Part shown: positions 56,454-64,000 of the stretch, one piece after another | Layout: each line of letters opens with the position of its first letter | Numbering within the stretch: position 1 is the first letter of the stretch | Assembly: GCA_965207805.1 (NCBI GenBank) | Contig: OZ242312.1 | Span: 1,268,050-1,332,049, forward strand | Direction of reading: 5' to 3' | Length of the DNA stretch: 64,000 nt | From: Gemmatimonadota bacterium | GTDB taxonomy: Bacteria > Gemmatimonadota > Gemmatimonadetes > Palauibacterales > Palauibacteraceae | Notes under the pieces: generated by a model | The model's input: the letters and a program-made list of their open reading frames with translations, nothing else | What the model was told of the DNA's origin: nothing | Databases searched by the model: none | Position numbers and translations under genes: made by a program

Positions 56454-57758
56454 ATGGAAGACGGAACGCGGCAGACGCCGCACGAGGCCGGGGACATGGG
56501 GGCCGTCCCCAGGCCCGCGTTCATGAAGCGGCTGGCACAGGGGGCGATCGTCATCGGCGTGGGAGTGTTCGGCTTCGCGCTCCTGTTCGGCATGCGCGCC
56601 GAACCGGCGGAGGTGGAGCCGCCGCGCGTGATTCCCACGGTCAGCACGGTGCCCGCCCGGGTGACGCAGGGCGCGATCAAGGTGCGGGGCGGCGGCACGG
56701 TCCGTCCCAGCGCGGAGGTCACGATCGCGTCCCAGGTCGGCGGGCGCGTGATCTGGACCTCGCCCGCGCTCGTGAGCGGCGGGCGCTTCGCGGAGAACGA
56801 GCCGCTACTGCGGGTGGACCCGGCCGACTACGAGAACGCCGTCGAGGCCGCCGAGGCCGACGTCGCCCAGCGTGAGGTCGCATTGCTGGAAGCCGACGAG
56901 AACGCCCGGCTGGCGCTCGACGAATGGAGGCGGCTCGCCGCGCGCGAGAACCTCGACCCGACGCCGCCGAACGCGCTCGTCACCCGGCAGCCGCAACTCG
57001 ATGCGGCGGCGGCGGCCCTCCGGAGCGCCAGAGCCAGGCTGGAGGATGCGCGCCTGGCGCTGGAACGGACCTGGATCCGGGCTCCGTTCAACGGGATCGT
57101 GCGCGAGGAGACGGTCGATCCCGGACAGTTCGTCGCGGCCGGCCAGGCCGTCGGCCGTCTGTACGCGACGGACGCGGTGGAGATCGTCGTGCCGCTGAGC
57201 GACAACGAGGCCGCGCTGATCGAGCGCCTGTGGAGCGCGCGTGCGGGCGACGCCGCGACCCGCATCCCGGTCGAGATCGTGTCCGAGTACGGCGGGGTCG
57301 AGTACGCGTGGTCCGGATACGTGGACCGGGCGGAGGCGGCGCTCGACGAGCAGACGCGAACGGTCGACGTGGTCGTCACCGTCCCCGAGCCGTTCACGGC
57401 CCCGGAGGACGATCCGCGCCGCCCGCCGCTCCTCCTCGGCAGCTACGCGATGGTGGACATCGAAGGCACGAGCTTCGAGGAATACGCCGTCGTCCCGGCC
57501 GCCGCCGTCCGCGACGGCGATGTCCTGTGGACGGTGGCGGACGACACGCTGCTCATCATGACCCCCGTCGAGCCGATCCAGGAAGTGGACGATGAGGCCG
57601 TGGTGCTCGGGCCGATCCCGGACGGCACTCCGGTCATCGTCTCGATGCTCCTCTTCGTCACCGACGGCATGACGGTGCGGCCGGTTCAGTTGCTCGAGAG
57701 CGCCCAGCCGTGGGAGCGGGGCGCCAACGGCGATGAGCGGGAAGGAGACGGCTCATGA
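56454..57758 (+). CDS. RND efflux periplasmic adaptor (MFP)
   Basis: TM anchor, SQVGGRV, coiled-coil hairpin, IRAPFNG, DEQTRT. Confidence 0.93.
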   Translation: MEDGTRQTPHEAGDMGAVPRPAFMKRLAQGAIVIGVGVFGFALLFGMRAEPAEVEPPRVIPTVSTVPARVTQGAIKVRGGGTVRPSAEVTIASQVGGRVIWTSPALVSGGRFAENEPLLRVDPADYENAVEAAEADVAQREVALLEADENARLALDEWRRLAARENLDPTPPNALVTRQPQLDAAAAALRSARARLEDARLALERTWIRAPFNGIVREETVDPGQFVAAGQAVGRLYATDAVEIVVPLSDNEAALIERLWSARAGDAATRIPVEIVSEYGGVEYAWSGYVDRAEAALDEQTRTVDVVVTVPEPFTAPEDDPRRPPLLLGSYAMVDIEGTSFEEYAVVPAAAVRDGDVLWTVADDTLLIMTPVEPIQEVDDEAVVLGPIPDGTPVIVSMLLFVTDGMTVRPVQLLESAQPWERGANGDEREGDGS

Positions 57759-60700
57759 GGCGGGCGATCGGGTGGATGGCCAAACACGGAGTCGCCGCCA
57801 ACCTGCTGATGGTGCTGATCATCCTGGCGGGATTCGTGAGCCTCATCAGCCTGCCCCAGGAGACGTTCCCGGAGATCTCCCTCGACACGATCCAGGTACA
57901 GGTCCAGTACCCCGGAGCGTCGCCCGACGAAGTCGAGCAGGCGATCGTGCGGCGGGTCGAGGAGCGGATCGCCGGCATCCAGGGCGTCGACCGCGTGACG
58001 AGCGCCGCGTCGGAGAACGTCGGCATCGTGCTCGCCGAACTCTCGCTGGGCACGGACGAGTCGAAGACGCTGGACGAGATCAAGTCCGCCATCGACCGGA
58101 TCACGAGCTTCCCCGTCGATGCGGAGGAGCCGGAGGTCGTCGCGCTGACCGCGGAAGGCAGCGTCATGGAGATCGCGATTTTCGGCGATGTTCCGGAGCG
58201 GACCCTCAAGGAGATCGCGAACCGGGTCAAGGATGACCTCACCTCGCTGCCGACGATCTCCCTCGTCCGCGTCTCCGGCGTCCGGCAGTACGAGATCTCG
58301 ATCGAAGTGTCGAAGGCGGCCCTGCGCGCCCACGGGCTGACGCTCGACGAGGTGGCCGCGGCGGTGCGGCGCGGCAGCCTCGACCTTCCCGGCGGGAGCG
58401 TCGAGACCGACCGCGAGGAGATTCTCGTTCACATCCGCGGCCAGAACTACACCCGAGCGGACTTCGCGGACGTCGTCGTGCGGGCGAACGTCGATGGGTC
58501 GATGCTCCGCCTCTCCGACATCGCGGACATCCAGGACGGGTTCGAGCACGTCGACCTCATCAACGCCTACAACGGGCAGCCGACCGCCTTCGTCCAGGTC
58601 CTGCGAACGGGCGATGAGCGTGTCCTGGAGATCTCCGACGAAGTCAGCCGCTACCTGGAAGAGGAGTTGGCCGGCACCCTCCCGCGGGGCGTCGACTACA
58701 GCATCTGGCGCAGCGAAGCCTCGTACCTGCAGAGCCGGATCGACCTCCTCATCAAGAACGGCCGGCTGGGCCTGATCCTGGTACTCATTGCGCTGGCCCT
58801 CTTCCTCGACCTGCGCCTCGCATTCTGGACCGCGGTCGGAATCTTCCTCTCCTTCGCCGGCGTGTTCGCCGTGATGGCGTGGTTCGGGATCTCCATCAAC
58901 ATGATGACGCTGTTCGGCTTCATCCTCGCGATCGGAATCGTCGTGGACGACGCGATCGTGGTGGGGGAGAACATCTTCGCTGAACGGGAGAAGGGAGCGG
59001 CCGCGCTGCGGGCGGCGATCAATGGCACGAGACGCGTCTCCGTTCCCGTGATCTTCGCCGTGCTCACGACCGTGGCGGCGTTCACCCCGCTCCTCTTCGT
59101 GCCCGGAAGCCTCGGGAAGTTCCTCTACGTCATCCCCGCGATCGTGATCTCCGTGCTGCTGCTGTCGCTCGTCGAGGTCCTGTTCATCCTCCCCTATCAC
59201 CTCTCGCACCTCCCGGCGCCGGGCGCGAGCCGCGGGAAGGGAGGGTGGCTGGGGCCCGTGTACCGCCTGCAGGCACTCGTCCAGACGAACCTGCAGCGCT
59301 TTATCGACGGGCCGCTGGAGCGCTCCGTGCGCTTCGCGGTGCGGCGCCCGGGACTGACCGTGCTCGGAGCCGTCTCCTCGCTGATGATCGTGGGCGGGCT
59401 GGTGGCCGGACGGCATCTCCGGTTCAGCCTTCTGCCCGTGATCGAGGGGGTGGAGGTCGTCGCCTACATCGAGATGGCCGAGGGAACGACCAGCGAGCGC
59501 ACCGCGGAAGTCGCCAGCTACGTGGAGCGACAGGGGTACGCGGCGATCGCCGAACTCGAGGCCGAGCTGCCGGATGACGAGCCGCCGCTGGTCGAAGCCG
59601 TCTTCACGAGCGTAGGGGAGCGCCCGTCGCAGAGGGGAGGGCCCGGCATGAACGCCGAGGCGAGCTTCATCCGGTCGAACGTCGCCGAGGTCAGCCTGCG
59701 CCTCACCGACCCGGAGATCCGGGATCTGCCGGCCATCGAGGTCGAACGGGCCTGGCGGGAGCGCGTGGGGCCGGTCGCGGGCGCCCGGGAACTCACCTTC
59801 AGCTCCATCCTCATCGATCTTGGGTCACCGGTGCAGGTGGAGCTTTCCCATCCGGATACGGCGATGCTGAACGCGGCGGTGCCGGAGTTCACGGACCGCC
59901 TCGTGCGCATCGCGGGCGTGACGGAGGTCCGTGACGACCGGGGCCGGGGCAAGCGCGAACTGGAGCTGGAGCTCAGGCCCGCCGCCCGCACCCTGGGGAT
60001 CACGCTCGACGACCTCGCGCGCCAGGTCCGCGGAGCGTTCTTCGGGAACGAGGTCTACCGCCTGCAGCGCGGCCGCGACGAGGTGCGCGTCTACGTCCGG
60101 CTGCCCGAGTCGGAGCGGAACACGCTCGCCGATCTCCAGGACTACCGGATCCGCACGCCGACGGGCGGCGAAGCGCCGCTGTCGGAGGTCGCGGACGTGT
60201 CGTTCGGGATCGCCTCATCGACGATCAACCGGATCGACGGGCGCCGCATCGTGACGGTCACGGCGGATGTGGATGCCGCCGTGATCACGGGGCAGGAGGT
60301 CAACACGGAGATCACTTCGGCGATCCTGCCGGAACTGCAGGCCCGATACCCGGGCCTTCGCCACGGGTTCGGCGGAGAGCAGCGCCAGCAGACGCTCGCG
60401 TTCGAGGGGATCGCCCGCGGTTTCATGCTTGCCCTGCTCGCGATCTACGCGCTCCTCGCCATCCCCTTCCGCTCGTACCTGCAGCCGCTCGTCGTCATGG
60501 CCTCGATTCCGCTGGGGCTCGTCGGCGCCGCGATCGGGCACCTCATCATGGGTCTCGACCTCGGCATGCTCTCGATGTTCGGGCTCGTGGGCCTGTCGGG
60601 CGTGGTCGTGAACGACTCCCTCGTCCTTATCGACTTCATCAATGAACGGCACCGGGCGGGGCTTCCCATGTCGGAGGCCATCGTGCAGGGGGCCAAGGTC

Positions 60701-60967
60701 CGCTTCCGCCCCATCATGCTGACCTCCGTGACCACCTTCCTCGGGGTGTCGCCGATCATCCTCGAGCGCAGCGTCCAGGCGCAGTTTCTCTCCCCGATGG
60801 CGGTGAGTCTCGGGTTCGGGATCCTGTTCGCGACCTTCATCATCATGCTCGCCGTGCCCGCGCTGGCGATGATGAACTACACGTTCACGGTGCGGGCGAA
60901 GCGGGCGTTCGTTCGCTGGCGGCGGAAGCCCCGCCTCGGCCTGGCGGCGGGAGGGCTCGAGCGCTGA
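57755..60967 (+). CDS. RND efflux permease (AcrB/AcrD/AcrF family)
   Basis: [44 protein letters not shown]. Confidence 0.95.
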   Translation: MRRAIGWMAKHGVAANLLMVLIILAGFVSLISLPQETFPEISLDTIQVQVQYPGASPDEVEQAIVRRVEERIAGIQGVDRVTSAASENVGIVLAELSLGTDESKTLDEIKSAIDRITSFPVDAEEPEVVALTAEGSVMEIAIFGDVPERTLKEIANRVKDDLTSLPTISLVRVSGVRQYEISIEVSKAALRAHGLTLDEVAAAVRRGSLDLPGGSVETDREEILVHIRGQNYTRADFADVVVRANVDGSMLRLSDIADIQDGFEHVDLINAYNGQPTAFVQVLRTGDERVLEISDEVSRYLEEELAGTLPRGVDYSIWRSEASYLQSRIDLLIKNGRLGLILVLIALALFLDLRLAFWTAVGIFLSFAGVFAVMAWFGISINMMTLFGFILAIGIVVDDAIVVGENIFAEREKGAAALRAAINGTRRVSVPVIFAVLTTVAAFTPLLFVPGSLGKFLYVIPAIVISVLLLSLVEVLFILPYHLSHLPAPGASRGKGGWLGPVYRLQALVQTNLQRFIDGPLERSVRFAVRRPGLTVLGAVSSLMIVGGLVAGRHLRFSLLPVIEGVEVVAYIEMAEGTTSERTAEVASYVERQGYAAIAELEAELPDDEPPLVEAVFTSVGERPSQRGGPGMNAEASFIRSNVAEVSLRLTDPEIRDLPAIEVERAWRERVGPVAGARELTFSSILIDLGSPVQVELSHPDTAMLNAAVPEFTDRLVRIAGVTEVRDDRGRGKRELELELRPAARTLGITLDDLARQVRGAFFGNEVYRLQRGRDEVRVYVRLPESERNTLADLQDYRIRTPTGGEAPLSEVADVSFGIASSTINRIDGRRIVTVTADVDAAVITGQEVNTEITSAILPELQARYPGLRHGFGGEQRQQTLAFEGIARGFMLALLAIYALLAIPFRSYLQPLVVMASIPLGLVGAAIGHLIMGLDLGMLSMFGLVGLSGVVVNDSLVLIDFINERHRAGLPMSEAIVQGAKVRFRPIMLTSVTTFLGVSPIILERSVQAQFLSPMAVSLGFGILFATFIIMLAVPALAMMNYTFTVRAKRAFVRWRRKPRLGLAAGGLER

Positions 60968-61872
60968 ACGATCTCTCGGGCGCCTGGCTGGCGTCGCTGG
61001 AGTCCGAAGCGATCGAAATCCTCCGCGAGGGCGTGGCGGCGGCGTCGCGACCCGTGATGCTGTATTCGATCGGGAAGGACTCGTGCGTGCTCCTGCACCT
61101 CGCCCGGAAGGCTTTCTGGCCGGCAGCGCCGCCGTTCCCGCTGCTCCATATCGACACGACGTGGAAGTTCCGGGAGATGATCGCGTTCCGCGACCGGACG
61201 GCGGCGGAAGCGGGCGTGGAACTCCGGGTTCACACCAACGGGGACGGGCTGCGCGAGGGCGTCAATCCGTTCGACCATGGAACGGAGCGCTATACCGATG
61301 TGATGAAGACCGCGGCGCTGCGGCAGGCGCTCGACGAGGGCGAGTACGACATCATCTTCGTCGGCGCCCGGCGGGACGAGGAGAAGTCGCGCGCGAAGGA
61401 ACGCGTGTTCTCGCTGCGCGATGCGGCCCACCAATGGGACCCAAGAGCGCAGCGTCCGGAGCCGTGGAACCTGTACAACACTCGCCTGGCTCCCGGCGAA
61501 TCCCTGCGCGTCTCCCCGCTCTCCAACTGGACCGAGGCGGATGTCTGGCGATACATCCGCGCGGAAGAGATCCCGATCGTACCCCTCTACTACGCCGCCG
61601 AACGCCCCGTCGTCGAACGCGATGGGCGGTGGATCATGGTCGATGACGACCGAATGCCGCTGCTCCCCGGCGAGGAGCCACAGCAACGCCGCATCCGCTT
61701 CCGGACGCTGGGCTGCTACCCGCTGACCGCGGCGGTCGAGAGCGACGCGGACACGCTCGATGCGGTCATTGCCGAGACGCTCGCGTCGGACAGCTCGGAG
61801 CGACGGGGGCGTCTCATCGACCACGACCGCGACGGCTCGATGGAGCTCAAGAAGAAGCAGGGCTACTTCTGA
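60964..61872 (+). CDS. cysD: Sulfate adenylyltransferase subunit 2
   Basis: [64 protein letters not shown]. Homology extends upstream of GTG 61033 to CTG 60964. Confidence 0.95.
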   Translation: MNDLSGAWLASLESEAIEILREGVAAASRPVMLYSIGKDSCVLLHLARKAFWPAAPPFPLLHIDTTWKFREMIAFRDRTAAEAGVELRVHTNGDGLREGVNPFDHGTERYTDVMKTAALRQALDEGEYDIIFVGARRDEEKSRAKERVFSLRDAAHQWDPRAQRPEPWNLYNTRLAPGESLRVSPLSNWTEADVWRYIRAEEIPIVPLYYAAERPVVERDGRWIMVDDDRMPLLPGEEPQQRRIRFRTLGCYPLTAAVESDADTLDAVIAETLASDSSERRGRLIDHDRDGSMELKKKQGYF

Positions 61873-63749
61873 TGGCGCCGGAGACGCCGCCGACCCTTCG
61901 CTTCGTGCTCTGCGGCAGCGTCGACGACGGCAAGAGCACGGTCATCGGCCGACTGCTGCATGACTGCCGGCAGGTCTTTGCGGACGAACTCAAGCGGGTC
62001 GAACGGGATTCGGCCCGCTACGGCACGCAGGGGAAGGAGACCGACTTCGCCCTGCTCGTCGACGGCCTGCGGGACGAGCGCGAACAGGGCATTACGATCG
62101 ATGTCGCGTACCGGAACTTCGAGACGCCGCGCCGCCGGTTCATTGTGGCCGACGCCCCCGGCCACGAGCAGTACACGCGCAACATGGCGACGGGCGCCTC
62201 CACCGCCGACCTGGCCGTCGTCCTCGTGGACGCCCGCAAGGGAGTGCTGCCCCAGACGGCGCGGCACACGCGGATCGCGACCATGTTCGGCGTCCGCCAC
62301 GCGGTTCTCGCCGTGAACAAGATGGATCTCGTGGCGTGGGACCGGGACACCTTCGAATCGATCCGGGCCTCCTGGGGCGGGATCGCCGAGGAGATCGGTC
62401 TCGCCGCCGTCGAGGCGATTCCGGTCTCGGCGCTGACCGGGGCCAACCTCACCCGGAACGGCACGTCCGCCCCGTGGTACGAAGGCCCGACGCTTCTCGC
62501 CCATCTCGAGACGGTGGATGTCGAGGGGGCGAGCGCCGACCGACCCTTTCGGATGCCGGTCCAGTACGTGAATCGGCCCCACGCCGACTTCCGCGGATAC
62601 TGCGGGCGCGTGGCGGCCGGCGCGGTGGCGGTCGGCGATGCCGTACGCGTCTCGCCCGCCGGAACCGAGAGCCGCGTGGCGTCGATCGCGGTGGGAGACG
62701 GAACCCGCGACCGCGCCGCCCGGGGCGACTCCGTGACGTTGACCCTGGCTCCCGATGTCGATGTCACCCGGGGCGACGTCGTCGTGAGCGCCGACGAACC
62801 CGGCGAGGTGGCGGACCAGTTCCAGGCGCGCCTCGTCTGGATGCACGACGAGCCTCTCGCCGTGGGCCGTCCCTACGTGATGAAGCTCCAATCGCGGGAA
62901 GTGGGTGCCGCCGTCACCCGGATCAAGCACCGGCTGGACGTGTCCAACGGCAGTGAGTTGGCCGCTTCCGTGCTGCAGTTGAACGACCTCGGCACCGTCA
63001 ACCTCGCCACGAACCGTCCCGTCCCCTTCGCGCCCTTCAACGAGTCGCGCGCGCTGGGCGGCTTCATCCTGATCGATCGCGCCACGAACGCGACGGCCGC
63101 CGCCGGCACGATCCTCTTCCCGCTCATGCGGGCGGCGAACGTGACATGGCAGCATCTGGACGTGTCGAAGGACGTCCGCTCGCGGTTGAAGCTTCAGCGC
63201 GCCCAGTGCGTGTGGCTGACCGGGATGTCCGCTTCGGGCAAGTCGACGATCGCGAACCTGCTCGACCAGCGGCTGACCGTCGAGGGACGGCATACGTATC
63301 TTCTGGACGGCGACAACGTGCGCCACGGACTGTGTCGGGATCTGGGCTTCACCGAGGCGGACCGGGTGGAGAACATCCGGCGGGTGGCGGAGGTCGCTCG
63401 CCTCATGGTCGATGCGGGGCTGATCGTCATCGTCGCCTTCATCAGCCCGTTCCGGTCGGAACGTGACTACGCCCGCAGCCTGTTCGCGCCCGGCGACTTC
63501 GTCGAGGTCTTCGTGGACGCGTCGCTGGAGGCGTGCGCGGAGCGCGACCCGAAGGGACTTTACGCGAAGGCGCTCAGGGGAGAGATCAGGAATTTCACGG
63601 GAGTCGACAGTCCCTACGAACGACCCGAACATCCGGATCTGCGCCTGGACACAGAAAAACTTTCTCCGGAGGAATGCGTGGACCTGCTGACGGAGAAACT
63701 GGACCCCGAGTTCCCGACGCCGCCTTCACCCGTGACGGAGGATCGCTGA
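61872..63749 (+). CDS. cysNC: Bifunctional sulfate adenylyltransferase subunit 1 / adenylylsulfate kinase
   Basis: CGSVDDGKST, EREQGITIDVAY, DAPGHEQYTRNM, NKMD; C-terminal WLTGMSASGKST, LDGDNVRHGL, FTGVDSPYE. Confidence 0.96.
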   Translation: MAPETPPTLRFVLCGSVDDGKSTVIGRLLHDCRQVFADELKRVERDSARYGTQGKETDFALLVDGLRDEREQGITIDVAYRNFETPRRRFIVADAPGHEQYTRNMATGASTADLAVVLVDARKGVLPQTARHTRIATMFGVRHAVLAVNKMDLVAWDRDTFESIRASWGGIAEEIGLAAVEAIPVSALTGANLTRNGTSAPWYEGPTLLAHLETVDVEGASADRPFRMPVQYVNRPHADFRGYCGRVAAGAVAVGDAVRVSPAGTESRVASIAVGDGTRDRAARGDSVTLTLAPDVDVTRGDVVVSADEPGEVADQFQARLVWMHDEPLAVGRPYVMKLQSREVGAAVTRIKHRLDVSNGSELAASVLQLNDLGTVNLATNRPVPFAPFNESRALGGFILIDRATNATAAAGTILFPLMRAANVTWQHLDVSKDVRSRLKLQRAQCVWLTGMSASGKSTIANLLDQRLTVEGRHTYLLDGDNVRHGLCRDLGFTEADRVENIRRVAEVARLMVDAGLIVIVAFISPFRSERDYARSLFAPGDFVEVFVDASLEACAERDPKGLYAKALRGEIRNFTGVDSPYERPEHPDLRLDTEKLSPEECVDLLTEKLDPEFPTPPSPVTEDR

Positions 63750-64000
63750 TGGCGAACGGCCCCGGCCCGGACATCGCGAAGCTGCGGTTCGCGGCCGACG
63801 AACGCCCGCCGCGCGCGATGAGCCTCGTGATCGGCGCGCAGACGGCAATCCTCGTCTGCCTGCCCCTGGTGGTGGTCACGACGATCGTCGCGCGCGTCGC
63901 GGACCAGAGCGCCGAATACCTGTCCTGGGCGATCTTCGCGAGCATGGTGATCGGCGGCCTGCTCACGATCGTCCAGGCGAAGCGCTTCGCCGGCCTCGGC
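63749..64000 (+). CDS. Xanthine/uracil (NCS2)-type permease, N-terminal part
   Basis: TGATG overlap with cysNC; MANGPGPDIAKLRFAADERPP...GAQ...GLLTIVQAKRFAGLG resembles the NCS2 N-terminus; runs off the window. Confidence 0.7.
   Translation, partial: MANGPGPDIAKLRFAADERPPRAMSLVIGAQTAILVCLPLVVVTTIVARVADQSAEYLSWAIFASMVIGGLLTIVQAKRFAGLG

Overview
GC-rich bacterial chromosome segment. Gene content (secreted LRR/Ig/PKD/beta-propeller proteins, PD40-CehA/McbA hydrolase, several TA modules, form II cox) suggests a Gemmatimonadota-like, possibly host-associated organism; this is inference only. Bases 1 to ~14200 are the right part of an integrated, ColE1-type mobilisable defence island: SMC/RecF-like ATPase with a small partner ORF, a type I R-M system with an embedded HEPN toxin whose MNT antitoxin is fused to HsdS, a frameshifted hsdR, a truncated tyrosine integrase, an HhH glycosylase-like gene, oriT and mobC/relaxase/mbeB/mbeD. 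The island ends inside an LRR-metalloprotease gene. The rest is mostly metabolic and transport genes: acyl-CoA ligases, two PIN TA pairs, SSS and TRAP transporters, typA, coxSLM-like, ggt, TetR-RND efflux, cysD/cysNC. Best novelty candidates: (1) a 73-aa Tat-lipoprotein precursor with an Asp-rich repeat tail next to a ROXA/NO66-type JmjC hydroxylase (possible ribosomally made beta-hydroxy-Asp metal chelator); (2) the HEPN + MNT-HsdS module (possible R-M guard); (3) a NorCB-like heme-copper oxidase homologue with substituted metal ligands. No rRNA, tRNA or CRISPR array was seen. All family calls are by-eye motif recognition, not database results.
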